Assembly: GCA_009928955.1 (NCBI GenBank)
Contig: SABN01000001.1
Coordinates: 11,994-75,993 of the forward strand
Length of the DNA: 64,000 nucleotides
Direction of reading: 5' to 3'
Source: Opitutia bacterium
GTDB lineage: Bacteria > Verrucomicrobiota > Kiritimatiellia > CAIQIC01 > Lenti-01
A model generated the notes under the pieces. The model did not search any database. It had not been told where the DNA came from and saw nothing but the letters and a program-made list of their open reading frames with translations. This document shows positions 55,224-64,000 of the stretch, piece after piece. The position numbers and the translations under genes were made by a program. Numbering within the stretch: position 1 is the stretch's first letter; the number at the start of each line of letters is the position of its first letter.

Positions 55224-57014
55224 CTAGCTCTCCGGCAAATCCAACACGATCTTTTCCCCGCTTCGGACGGAAACCAGCCGCGTAGAATGGCCTCCGTCCG
55301 CCAATTCCAGATCCACGGGCACGCGCTCGAAATCCATGTCGCTCCGGTTTTCCACCACGATCCGCGCGCCTTCCAATGAAACCGCCACGCGGAGCGTCTT
55401 GGCGCTGAGCACCTCGCGCCAATATTTCCCCACGCCGAAAAGCGTGTCGACGTAAAACTCGCCATGGAAATCCATCAGCGCCCGGCGCAGGAAATGTTCG
55501 GTGAAGCGCGCGCAGGCCTGGCCCTCGAACTGCCGCATGTGCTGGTGGCACATGAAGACCATCGGCATCCCCAGCCGCTTCGTGCGGTGCAGCCAGAACA
55601 GCAGCATGCCGAAATGATGGATGTGCTGCGGATCGCACGGATGGCGCGTCGTCAACTCCACGGCGCTCGTGCCGCCCGGATGATGCGGCGGCGGCTGGAA
55701 CAAGACATTGTCGCGGGCCCGGATGTCGGACCCGCTCAACACCTCGCACCCGGCCGCCTCGGCGGCCCGCGCGGTGTCGGCGTCGTTGCAACGCCCCGGC
55801 TTCGCCCAGCAGCGCGGGACAAAGCCCAGCATCCGTTCGCACCAGCGCGCCGCCTCCAAGATGTTGTCGCGCTGCTCGCCGAAGGAGGAGGCGTCCGCGC
55901 CCATCCACGGATATCGCCCCGCGCCCATGCGCGCATGCGATTTCCATCCGTTCTCCGGCGCCGACGAGGTTGCCGTGTCGTAGTGCAGATGCCCGTGGTT
56001 TCCTAGTTCCATCACATAGGGCTTTCCGGCGCCTTGCGCCGGATAGGCGCCGGCGTGCCGCAACTCCACCTTCGCCCGCATCCACTCGATGAACCGCGGG
56101 ATTTGGGCCGCGCCGTGGTCCTGGCCATCGTACGCCGCCCAGTCGCGCGCCGCGGCCTCGTCGAGCGACAGCCGCGTGGAAAGGCACATCGTCTGCGGGA
56201 AGGCATAGCGCGCGGCCAGGCCCAGCGTCACCTCCAGCCCTTCGATCGATTGCAGGGTGAGGGTGTCATACAAATCCATGTCGCCGCGCCAAGCAAGGGC
56301 GCAACGCCGCCCGCCGGGATACCGCGAAATCGAAGCGCGCGCGATTTGCGTTTCCTTGGCCGAACGACACTCGTCGTGTTCGATGCGGATGCGACGGATC
56401 GCGCCTCCACATTCCACATTGATTTCCAAAATCCCCGCACCTTGGCATGCGTCTGGGCGCAGGGCCCATTGGGCCCTGCCGATGCCGCCAGGAGGAAGAT
56501 GTCCGAAAGTTTTCTCCGCGGGGCTTCCCTGAAGCCATGGAACCGGGCCGCCCAGGTTCACATTCACGGCCGAAGGCGTTGCCATCTCCGACGGATTGGA
56601 CACGATCAATTCGATCTCAAACGGCCGCCCGACCCACAACACACCCAACCGATAACGAGGCAAGCGCTCTGTGAACGGCGCCTCCAGCGTCAAAACCAAG
56701 TCCGCTGGGATATCGCCATCGATCAACCGACGTTCCCAGCGGCGGTTCAGGATTTCCAGTCCCAGCAAGGTCGCGCCAACCGAAACCACCCCCGCCCAAG
56801 GCAGTCCGCCCATGCCCAGCAACGCGAGTCCCAACCCGGCGGCCATGGCTTCCAACGGAAATCGCCGGATGCCAACCTTCTTGGGAAAAGTCTCCCAAAC
56901 CACGTTCGCCAAATACATCGCCCATCCCGCCCGCCAGCGGGCCAGGATAAACAGGCGGGCCAACGTCACCAGCGCAAGCAACGCGAATCCGAATATGGCA
57001 AACAGAAACCTCAT
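55224..57014 (-). CDS. membrane protein with CE4/deacetylase-like domain (paralog of 59294-61150)
   Basis: It has N-terminal TM helices, then WRGDMDLYD...GNHGHLH...FGEQRDNI...MCHQH. It is colinear with its paralog. Confidence 0.6.
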   Translation of the reverse strand: MRFLFAIFGFALLALVTLARLFILARWRAGWAMYLANVVWETFPKKVGIRRFPLEAMAAGLGLALLGMGGLPWAGVVSVGATLLGLEILNRRWERRLIDGDIPADLVLTLEAPFTERLPRYRLGVLWVGRPFEIELIVSNPSEMATPSAVNVNLGGPVPWLQGSPAEKTFGHLPPGGIGRAQWALRPDACQGAGILEINVECGGAIRRIRIEHDECRSAKETQIARASISRYPGGRRCALAWRGDMDLYDTLTLQSIEGLEVTLGLAARYAFPQTMCLSTRLSLDEAAARDWAAYDGQDHGAAQIPRFIEWMRAKVELRHAGAYPAQGAGKPYVMELGNHGHLHYDTATSSAPENGWKSHARMGAGRYPWMGADASSFGEQRDNILEAARWCERMLGFVPRCWAKPGRCNDADTARAAEAAGCEVLSGSDIRARDNVLFQPPPHHPGGTSAVELTTRHPCDPQHIHHFGMLLFWLHRTKRLGMPMVFMCHQHMRQFEGQACARFTEHFLRRALMDFHGEFYVDTLFGVGKYWREVLSAKTLRVAVSLEGARIVVENRSDMDFERVPVDLELADGGHSTRLVSVRSGEKIVLDLPES

Positions 57015-58261
57015 TGGAAGGGATCCCAGGTCGGCACGCGGTCTGCGTCCCTCCGCGCCACGGCTTCCAGCACATCCGCATAGCGCTCCAAGATCTGCCG
57101 CTGCGCGAGGCGGGAGCGGATGAACCGATGGCCCGCCTCGCCCATTTCCCGGCAGCGGTCCGGATGATCCGCCGCATCGGCGATGGCCTTGGCCAAGGCT
57201 TCATGATCGAACGTCGGCACGACCTGCCCCGCCCCGGTTTGCCGGATCAGATCCGCTTGGACGCCGTCCATGGAGGCGAGGATCGGCTTGCGCGAGCCCA
57301 TGTAGTCGATGAACTTGTTCTCGAAATAGATGTGGATCAGCGGGCTCCGGAACAACGTCATGAGACCCGCATCGGCCGCCGCCAAGATCGCGGGGACCTG
57401 CGTCTTGGGCACCGCGTCATGGAAATGGACGTTGTCCAGCCCGAGCTCTTGCGCCAACGCCATGGCGCCGGTCTTGCTCTGGCCATAGCCGAACAGGTCG
57501 ATGCGGATGTCCGGGCGCGCCCGCAAGGCGGCGCCCGCGCGCACGATGGTTTCGACGGCGGTCACTTCGGTCAGCGACCCCGCATACACCGCCGTGAACT
57601 GGTCGCCCCAGCCATGCTGCGCTCGCACCTTCTCGCGGGTGCCGGGCTCCAAGCGGAAGAAGTCCTCGTTGAAGCCATTGGGAAACAGATCCAAGCGATT
57701 CGCGGGAAGACCTTTTTTCAGCAGCTCGATCTTGAGGCCGGGCGTCAGCGTCACCACCCGGTCCGCGCCGAAATAGAGGGCACGCGCCATGGCATGCAGG
57801 GGCACCGCCTGCCACGGGGCAATCGCCTTCTTGACCACGAGCGCGTCGGGCCACAGGTCGCGGATCTCCAGCAGGAAGGGCTTCCGCCAGCGCCGGGCCA
57901 GCCGTAGCGCCGCCACCCCGCCGAACAGCGGCTGGATGGTGGCCATCACGACGTCGGGGGCTTTTTGCCCGCGGCCGAACCGGTAGGCCGACCACGCGAA
58001 CCGGCCGTAGGTCTTGAGGCGGTTGGCCAAGCTCGCGCGCAATCCGCGCGGCACCGGCAGGCGATGCACGCGCACCGATCCGCCGGCCGGCGTCTCGAAG
58101 AATTCTTCAGGTTCGGTCTGTTCGTTGTAGGCGTTGAGGTCGCACGCCACCACGTCCACGACATGCCCCCGCTCGGCCAGCAACTGGACGAGATCCCGCG
58201 GCTGCCGCGGCCCCGGCGCTTCCGGGCCGGCGAAGAATTGATGGAGGTACAGGAGGTTCAT
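57011..58261 (-). CDS. glycosyltransferase family 4 (WbuB-like)
   Basis: It begins MNLLYLHQFFAGPEAPG, a WbuB-type N-terminus. It has a C-terminal GT-B EX7E-like region and an ATGA overlap with the downstream gene. Confidence 0.88.
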   Translation of the reverse strand: MNLLYLHQFFAGPEAPGPRQPRDLVQLLAERGHVVDVVACDLNAYNEQTEPEEFFETPAGGSVRVHRLPVPRGLRASLANRLKTYGRFAWSAYRFGRGQKAPDVVMATIQPLFGGVAALRLARRWRKPFLLEIRDLWPDALVVKKAIAPWQAVPLHAMARALYFGADRVVTLTPGLKIELLKKGLPANRLDLFPNGFNEDFFRLEPGTREKVRAQHGWGDQFTAVYAGSLTEVTAVETIVRAGAALRARPDIRIDLFGYGQSKTGAMALAQELGLDNVHFHDAVPKTQVPAILAAADAGLMTLFRSPLIHIYFENKFIDYMGSRKPILASMDGVQADLIRQTGAGQVVPTFDHEALAKAIADAADHPDRCREMGEAGHRFIRSRLAQRQILERYADVLEAVARRDADRVPTWDPFQ

Positions 58262-58271
58262 GGAGGGAAGG

Positions 58272-59297
58272 TCAGGGCAGGCACCGCGCGATGGGCGGGC
58301 CCAGGATCCGGCTCAGTCCGAGCGGCAGCCGCTTCCACAACGCGATCGCCAGCGAAAACGAACGGTTTTCCTTGTTCAGGCCGGGAATGTCGGAGCGGCC
58401 CAGCAGTTGGTAGGCCCACGGCAGGGTCCGCGATTCCCCGCCCCAGTATTTCTTGAAATCATGGTGGCTGGATTCCGTGGTGCTGCGCCCGAGGTCGATG
58501 CGCTTGCAGCCGGCTTGGCAGGCGTCTTCGATCGCTTTCCAGTTCATCGCGTGCACCGGCGCGTGGCACAACTCCTCCCGGAGCGATGCCGACCACACGA
58601 AATGGCACGTGTCCGCGTCGGCCACCACCACTTTTGCGGCGATGGTTCTGCCCTCCCGGAGCGCGCGATAGACCCGGACCTGCCCGGGAAAGGTTTCGAG
58701 CGCGGCCTCGAAAAACCGGCGCGTGATCACCGGCGTGCCCAGATCGCGGAGATTCCTCGAATAGATGGCGTAGAACTCCGGAAGGTGTTCCGCCCCCTCC
58801 TGGACGACCACGCCATTTTTCACCGCTTTCCGGATCTTGTTCCGCACATTCTGATGCAACCGGCTGAACATCTGCTCGGCGCCGCCATCGGTCGGAATCG
58901 TGGTGACGACCTTGCGGTCGGTTGTCGGCCACTCCAATCTCAACGGATGCAGCTGGCGCAGTTCAATGGAGCGGCAGCCGGCGGCGCGGGCCCGAGCCCC
59001 GGCCTCGTCCGTCAACGCCCGCTCGACCTCGGGGCCCTCGGTGACGAGCCCACCATATCCGACGAACGGAAGACTGACGCCCATCGTGCCGAACAGCCGC
59101 GTGGCGAGGATGAAAAGCGGGTAGATTCCCACCACCCGGCCCTGATCCAAGGCCATCAGATACAGCCCCGGGTGCCCCATCGAACGCTCGATGACCCGTT
59201 TCCAGCCCGCGCGGTGGAAAACGGTCGCGTCCGCATGCCGGATCGCATAGTCGTCCCAGGCGGCTTCGTTTTCGGATGACAGGAGCTGAATGTTCAC
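58272..59297 (-). CDS. FemAB-like/GNAT acyltransferase (PEP-CTERM-system-associated FemAB type)
   Basis: It reads NIQLLSSENEAAWDDYA...FHRAGW...HDFKKYWG. The GTG start overlaps the upstream stop (GTGA). The family assignment is from memory. Confidence 0.78.
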   Translation of the reverse strand: MNIQLLSSENEAAWDDYAIRHADATVFHRAGWKRVIERSMGHPGLYLMALDQGRVVGIYPLFILATRLFGTMGVSLPFVGYGGLVTEGPEVERALTDEAGARARAAGCRSIELRQLHPLRLEWPTTDRKVVTTIPTDGGAEQMFSRLHQNVRNKIRKAVKNGVVVQEGAEHLPEFYAIYSRNLRDLGTPVITRRFFEAALETFPGQVRVYRALREGRTIAAKVVVADADTCHFVWSASLREELCHAPVHAMNWKAIEDACQAGCKRIDLGRSTTESSHHDFKKYWGGESRTLPWAYQLLGRSDIPGLNKENRSFSLAIALWKRLPLGLSRILGPPIARCLP

Positions 59298-61150
59298 CCG
59301 GGGGAACCCAACTCGACGGACACGGAGGAATGCGGCGGCACGTCGACCAGGCGCATGCAGCGGCGCCCGCCCTGGAATTCGATTTCCAGCGGCAGGCCCG
59401 TCAGCGCGCGGTCGCCCGTGTTGCGGACTTCGACCGCGCCATCGGCGGCCCGCAACTCGATGGTGCGCGTCCGCTCGCTGAGAACATCGCGCCAATAGCG
59501 CCCCATCGCGGTAAGCGTCGCCGGATAGACATCGCCTTCCGCGTCGACCAAGACATGGCGCAGCAATTCCGCGGTCAGGCCATGGCAGGCATGCGTCTGG
59601 TACAGCATCAGGTGATGATGGGCCAAGAACACCAGCGCCCGTCCCTTCCGCCGCGCGAACCCGAGCCAGAACTTCAGCATGGCGATCTGCGCCGCATGGA
59701 CCGGATCGCGGGGCAGCATCCGCGTCAGCTCGACCAGCCGGGCGCATCCCGCCGGATGGTGCTCGGCGGGGAACGTGAGCAATTTCTGCCACTTCGTGGC
59801 ATCGGTTTCGTTCCCCACTTCGATTCCCGCCGCCTCGACCGCCCGGGCGGTGTCGGCGTCGAACATGTCGCTGGGCGGCGTGTAGCAGGCGGTGTGGATC
59901 CCCAGTTTCTCTTCGATCGCCGCCGTGCAGGCGGCGATGTTGTCGCGCTGCTCGGCGAAGGAATCGCACGGATAGGCCTTCAGCCACGGATAATTCCCCT
60001 GCCCGGTGCGGGCGTGCATGGTCCAGCCGTTGGCGGGATCGGCCGCCGCATGCGTACCCCAATGCAAATGGCCATGGTTGCCGATTTCCGCCGAGAGCGG
60101 ACGGTCCGTGCGGACCGGAAACTCCTGCTCGACCGCCGTGTCCACCTCTTCGCGCAGGAAGCGGATGAAGCCGGGAATCTCTTCGCTGTGCCGGTTCCAG
60201 CCGAATTTTTCGCAGAAGGCCGCGTGTGCCTCGGGGAAAAGGCTCAAGCGCGACGACAGCATCACCGTGGTCGGCATCCGGAACCGCGCCGCCAGCCCCA
60301 GCGCGATGCGCAAGCCCTCGGCCGACTGGAAGGTGGCCGGATCGTACAGATCGTTGTCGCCGCGCCAGACAAACCCGGCGCGCGCCCCGTATTTCCAGCG
60401 GCGGATGGCGACCTTTCCAATACGGAGCGATGCTTGGGCGGGCACCGACGCGATGCGCAAGGTGCGTTCCCACGTCCAATCGCCATGCGTAATGCGCAGG
60501 CGCACGTCGCCGCCCCCTCCGGCGCGTTCCGCGCGGACGGTGAACGCCTGCACGGCGATCTGGCCGGGATCCGGACAGCGGGTTTCGGCCGGGCCATCCA
60601 TTTTCGCGGATACGTGGGTGCTGGCCGTCGAAATTTCGATGCGGAGCGGCAACTGCGGCCGCACCGTGCCCGGATTCAGGACCGTCAGTTCAAACGGCTG
60701 CGTCCATCCTTCGGGAACATCCCCGGCCTGGTAGACGCGACGCCCCCGCCGCAGCACCGGCCCGCGCAAGTGGACGATCAGCCGCGGGACCGGCAACGGA
60801 ACCCGCCCCTTGAGCGCCGCGCATTGCCGGGCGGGCGAATCCGAACGCCATTTCAGATCCACCAGCAGAGCGCCAGCCCAGACGGCGCCCAGCGCGAGCG
60901 CCACCGCCGCCGCCGCATACCCTCCCCACAGGAAACCGCCCCCCAGCGTCGCCAACCCCAGCAAGAGGTAATCCATCCAAACCCGGCGCAGGCGCAGCTT
61001 GATCTCCAGCGTTTCGTAGACCACGTTCGCCAGCAGCATCAACCAACCGGCGCGGCAAGGCGCCAGAAAGAAACACTTGCTCAGGACGAAAATGCCCGCC
61101 AGACCCATGAATACGGCGGTCGCCACGATTGCTGTGAGTTGAGTCATCAT
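59294..61150 (-). CDS. membrane protein with CE4/deacetylase-like domain (paralog of 55224-57014)
   Basis: It starts MMTQLTAIV (ATG 61150). It reads WRGDNDLYD...GNHGHLH...FAEQRDNI...LAHHH. Confidence 0.6.
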   Translation of the reverse strand: MMTQLTAIVATAVFMGLAGIFVLSKCFFLAPCRAGWLMLLANVVYETLEIKLRLRRVWMDYLLLGLATLGGGFLWGGYAAAAVALALGAVWAGALLVDLKWRSDSPARQCAALKGRVPLPVPRLIVHLRGPVLRRGRRVYQAGDVPEGWTQPFELTVLNPGTVRPQLPLRIEISTASTHVSAKMDGPAETRCPDPGQIAVQAFTVRAERAGGGGDVRLRITHGDWTWERTLRIASVPAQASLRIGKVAIRRWKYGARAGFVWRGDNDLYDPATFQSAEGLRIALGLAARFRMPTTVMLSSRLSLFPEAHAAFCEKFGWNRHSEEIPGFIRFLREEVDTAVEQEFPVRTDRPLSAEIGNHGHLHWGTHAAADPANGWTMHARTGQGNYPWLKAYPCDSFAEQRDNIAACTAAIEEKLGIHTACYTPPSDMFDADTARAVEAAGIEVGNETDATKWQKLLTFPAEHHPAGCARLVELTRMLPRDPVHAAQIAMLKFWLGFARRKGRALVFLAHHHLMLYQTHACHGLTAELLRHVLVDAEGDVYPATLTAMGRYWRDVLSERTRTIELRAADGAVEVRNTGDRALTGLPLEIEFQGGRRCMRLVDVPPHSSVSVELGSPG

Positions 61151-61172
61151 AATCCGTGAATGGTCGACCGTG

Positions 61173-61634
61173 GGCGGTCGGCAGTCGGCAGTGAAGCCAA
61201 CACTCCGTTTATCCTTCCTGTGGTTTCCATATCTCCGGGTTCTTGACCATGACGCCAATCTTGGCGCCGATTTCCTCTGAATGCCGGTGCAATGAAATAA
61301 ATACGCTTTTCTCGAGATAACCACAATCACAAGCCGTAGCCAACCAATGCTGGGTTTCGGCGTTTTCACCATCCGAATCGGTGAGTTTGGATGCAAAATG
61401 AGCGGGATACCGCCGTTTTCTCCATGCCTCCGCAATATTTGCGCCGACAGAACGAGAGGATCTTCGAATCTGGTCGGTCAAGGAATAGGCCTCCTCCTTT
61501 GGGAAGGACTTTGAAATCCTGAAAATATCTTGCTGCAATTGAAAAGCCAATTTGTAGACATCTAAATCCTGAAATCGAAGCGCCATCATGAAGCGTTTTC
61601 CTCCGTTGCCGCCAACGGCCTACTGCCCACCGCC
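61173..61634 (-). mobile_element. 462-bp cassette: four-helix-bundle gene bracketed by imperfect 18-bp inverted repeat
   Basis: Segment 61173-61190 (ggcggtcggcagtcggca) matches the reverse complement of 61617-61634 (ggcggtgggcagtaggcc) at 15/18 positions. GGCAGT/ACTGCC motifs are repeated on both sides. Confidence 0.4.
61209..61589 (-). CDS. four-helix-bundle protein (23S rRNA IVS protein / Avd-like family), second copy
   Basis: It reads DLDVYKLAFQLQQDIF...QIRRSSRSVGANIAEAWRKRRYPAHFASKL. At 126 aa it matches copy 1 in length. GC is lower than in the flanks. Confidence 0.88.
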   Translation of the reverse strand: MMALRFQDLDVYKLAFQLQQDIFRISKSFPKEEAYSLTDQIRRSSRSVGANIAEAWRKRRYPAHFASKLTDSDGENAETQHWLATACDCGYLEKSVFISLHRHSEEIGAKIGVMVKNPEIWKPQEG

Positions 61635-62566
61635 TACTGCTTTGACCTCCACCACGCCGCGATCTCCGCGCCGGTGGCGCACCACGGATTCCGCGCCGCC
61701 AGCCGGGCCAGCAACTGCTCGTAGGTCCATTGCCAATCGGCGTATTCCGGCTCGTTGAAACAATCGTTGTGCCAAAGCAACGTCACCAGCCCCCCCGCTT
61801 GGATGACCGGTTCGATGGCCTTCCACGCGGCCTCCAGCGCGCCTTCCCCGTTCAGGCCGAGATTCCGGAACAGCGGCATATCCATGACTGTCAACGGCAG
61901 CTCGACCAGATCCATCTTCCGGCCGGTGGCGGGATCTTCCGGAATGAACGGCAGCCGCCGCCCCTCGCGCGGCCCGAGGCGATCGGAATATCCGAACGTG
62001 GCGTCATACTGGAACCCGGCGGCCTCCTGCGCCAGCCAGGTTTCCGGGCCCGAAAACCGCAGGAAATGGTTCCGGATGCCGATGGCTTCGACGCCCAGGG
62101 TTTCGCGCAAGACTTCGCGGCTCTCCCGATAACCCGCCGCCTGGTTGAAGCGGTAATAGCCGCCATGCAAGCCGATCTCGCCGCCCGCCGCCTGGATCCT
62201 CTTCACGATCCGGCGCAGGGCCGGGGCCGTCAGGGAATAGCGCGAGCCTTTCCGGCACCCGCCGCGGTCATGCAGCACGAAAAACGTGGAGCGGAAGCCG
62301 TGGCGGGCCTCCAGCTCGAGAATGGTCTGGAAATCGAGTTCCGGCGGTTTGGGTGCAAACAGCGCCCGGCCCAGCCGCCGCAGCGCCAACCTGACGCTCC
62401 CCTTCTCGCCCCCCATGAGCATCCGCCGGATGTGGTTCGCCGACCCCAGCATGTAAAACGGCTCCCGGTCATGGATCTTGTCGATGTCATGCGAGAGGAA
62501 CAGCCCGAACTGCGCGCCAGCGGGCCAGCGACCGGCGGGGCCTGCGTTGGAGCTATCTGCCTGCAT
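61634..62566 (-). CDS. polysaccharide deacetylase-like protein
   Basis: The in-frame ATG is at 62566 (MQADSS). It reads FLSHDIDK, FFVL, IGLHGGY and RNHFLRF. The stop codon lies inside the cassette-2 right repeat. Confidence 0.72.
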   Translation of the reverse strand: MQADSSNAGPAGRWPAGAQFGLFLSHDIDKIHDREPFYMLGSANHIRRMLMGGEKGSVRLALRRLGRALFAPKPPELDFQTILELEARHGFRSTFFVLHDRGGCRKGSRYSLTAPALRRIVKRIQAAGGEIGLHGGYYRFNQAAGYRESREVLRETLGVEAIGIRNHFLRFSGPETWLAQEAAGFQYDATFGYSDRLGPREGRRLPFIPEDPATGRKMDLVELPLTVMDMPLFRNLGLNGEGALEAAWKAIEPVIQAGGLVTLLWHNDCFNEPEYADWQWTYEQLLARLAARNPWCATGAEIAAWWRSKQ

Positions 62567-63329
62567 ATTTCCTGTAATTCCCGTGCGCGCGCCGGATGGC
62601 GCGGAATCCGATCGGCGGGTAGTGCGTCCCGCCTTTTTCCTGCGCCGTGAATTCCAGCTCCTGTTTGGACAGGATGCGGCCCACGACTTCCAGGAATCCG
62701 TCCATGCCTCGTCGCGCGACATCCGCAATGGCTTCGCTGAAATCCAGATCTTTTCGGACAGGAACCGCGCGCTGAAGAATGATTTTCCCGCCATCGACGA
62801 CTTCGGACACCGAATGGATGGTGAACCCGATCTGGTCGAACTCGTTCCGCGCCATCGCCCACAGAACGCAGTCCGACCCCCGGTACCCGGGAGAAAGCCC
62901 ATGATGCCAATTGAGGGTGCCCTGCCGCGCGAGCGTGAACAGCGCGGGTTTCACGACCGGCGCGCCCAGCAAGAGAATATAGTCCGGCCCGATTTGGGAC
63001 ACCTGATGGATCGTCTCTTCGCCGTGGGGATCGTCGATGTCGACCGTTCGGCAGCGGCGTTGGATGTCCGCGACTACGTCTTCGGTCATGTTCGGAAAGA
63101 TCTTCACGGCGGGATCCAGGTAGAGCTTCCGGAACCGGCGGCCCAGCAGCAAATCCGCCAGATAGACCAGCCCCCGTTTCTTGGCCAGCCGTTTCAAGAC
63201 CGCCAGGCTTTGCGACCGCGGCCGCCTTTTGATGTTGAACAGGGCGACGTCCTGCGACTGCCGCAGCAGGAAGTCCGCCATGACATGCGCCTCCGGCAGA
63301 TGGCCGGTGGTGAGGATCAGCCATTTCAT
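62553..63329 (-). CDS. formyltransferase-fold protein (Fmt/ArnA N-terminal-like)
   Basis: It has the N-terminal fold MKWLILTTG and the motif LNWHHGLSPGYRGSD (catalytic His/Asp region). There is an ATGA overlap with the upstream gene. Confidence 0.78.
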   Translation of the reverse strand: MKWLILTTGHLPEAHVMADFLLRQSQDVALFNIKRRPRSQSLAVLKRLAKKRGLVYLADLLLGRRFRKLYLDPAVKIFPNMTEDVVADIQRRCRTVDIDDPHGEETIHQVSQIGPDYILLLGAPVVKPALFTLARQGTLNWHHGLSPGYRGSDCVLWAMARNEFDQIGFTIHSVSEVVDGGKIILQRAVPVRKDLDFSEAIADVARRGMDGFLEVVGRILSKQELEFTAQEKGGTHYPPIGFRAIRRAHGNYRKYAGR

Positions 63330-64000
63330 GGGCGCGTCCTCAGCCGATCCAGCTCGAACAACCCATCGGCCTTCGGATGCGCCTTGGCCAGCACGCTCCG
63401 GAACGGCCGCGCCGCCCGCAGCAAGGGACCCAAGGGCCAGCGATAATGGACGTGCAATCCCGTCCGCGCCTTTTCGAAACCGAATTCCTTCATGAGAAAG
63501 TCCTGGACGCCGGTTTCGTGGGAAATGGACCGGAATCCATCGGTCACATATTCGAATCCTTCCTGCGCCAGGTAGTGTTCGTTCATCCGGTAGATCAGGG
63601 CGTACGACGAGTAGCGGTTCAGGAACTCGGGATGCAGCTTGATGAGCGTGTAATCCACTTCCGTCTTGTCATAGATCAGGTTCTGCGCAAACGCCACCAT
63701 CTTGCCGCCATGGTAGGCCGCCCACTGATGGCGGATGTCGCCAAACGGCTCGTCGGTCATGACGCGGCGGGCGAATTCCTCGGCCGTGGGCAAGATCTCC
63801 GCGTGATGGCCGTATCCGCTCACCGCCGCGCAATAGGTCTCGTACCCGTTTCGGGCGATCTCCCGGACCTCCACCGGCCGGACCTCGCATTGCTTCAGGC
63901 CCCGGCGCAGCTTGCTGCGCGTGTTGCCGGAGGCCACTTCCTCCACGGGCACATGCCGCCGGCAAATCACCGCATGCCATTCCGAGCCCTCGGCATGGGG
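63326..64000 (-). CDS. FemAB/GNAT-like acyltransferase, 5' end outside window
   Basis: The frame stays open from 63970 to the window edge, with no stop. The C-terminal region resembles peptidoglycan-bridge/FemAB-type GNAT proteins, a weak by-eye call. Confidence 0.55.
   Translation of the reverse strand, partial: PHAEGSEWHAVICRRHVPVEEVASGNTRSKLRRGLKQCEVRPVEVREIARNGYETYCAAVSGYGHHAEILPTAEEFARRVMTDEPFGDIRHQWAAYHGGKMVAFAQNLIYDKTEVDYTLIKLHPEFLNRYSSYALIYRMNEHYLAQEGFEYVTDGFRSISHETGVQDFLMKEFGFEKARTGLHVHYRWPLGPLLRAARPFRSVLAKAHPKADGLFELDRLRTRP

Overview
This is a 64-kb bacterial chromosomal window with high GC, roughly two-thirds G+C by eye. The gene content suggests a PVC-group organism, but that is inference only. 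The clues are an SHD1-domain protein, free-standing four-helix-bundle '23S IVS protein' genes, a giant SdrD-B/DUF11/discoidin adhesin and PEP-CTERM-locus-type EPS enzymes.

Region 1-26.3 kb is housekeeping. It holds an ADH fragment, a fused radical-SAM/DUF2344 gene, rnhA, a MazG-like gene and codB. It also holds the head of a dcw cluster on the minus strand (mraZ, an extra ORF, rsmH, ftsL, ftsI, murE). The rest is hypAB, a methyltransferase, an MFS transporter, a TPR protein, comEC, nagB and lolD-lolC/E-lysS.

Region 26.4-50.1 kb is accessory and the most interesting part. A peptide-maturation (RiPP-like) gene set is split into two modules around a ~12.7-kb giant adhesin gene.
- The adhesin gene is broken by a 1-nt frameshift in an A5 run.
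- The upstream module has an RRE-fused rSAM/SPASM, a tandem-PqqD protein, a second rSAM/SPASM and an HprK-like P-loop protein.
- The downstream module has a 139-aa six-Cys ORF with a PqqA/lasso-like leader, an S24/S26 peptidase, an NTP_transf_5 nucleotidyltransferase, an ABC exporter, an OMP barrel and a lipoprotein.

Region 50.1-64 kb is an exopolysaccharide/glycan operon. It encodes a PglF/PglE/PglC-like pathway, GT4, FemAB-like acyltransferases, several deacetylases and a formyltransferase. It is joined to the rSAM genes by an ATGA stop/start overlap.

Two ~0.46-0.5-kb cassettes, each carrying a four-helix-bundle gene flanked by inverted repeats, are inserted at gene junctions of this operon. 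A ~350-bp AT-rich island lies upstream of the adhesin gene. I recognised no rRNA, tRNA, CRISPR, transposase or integrase.
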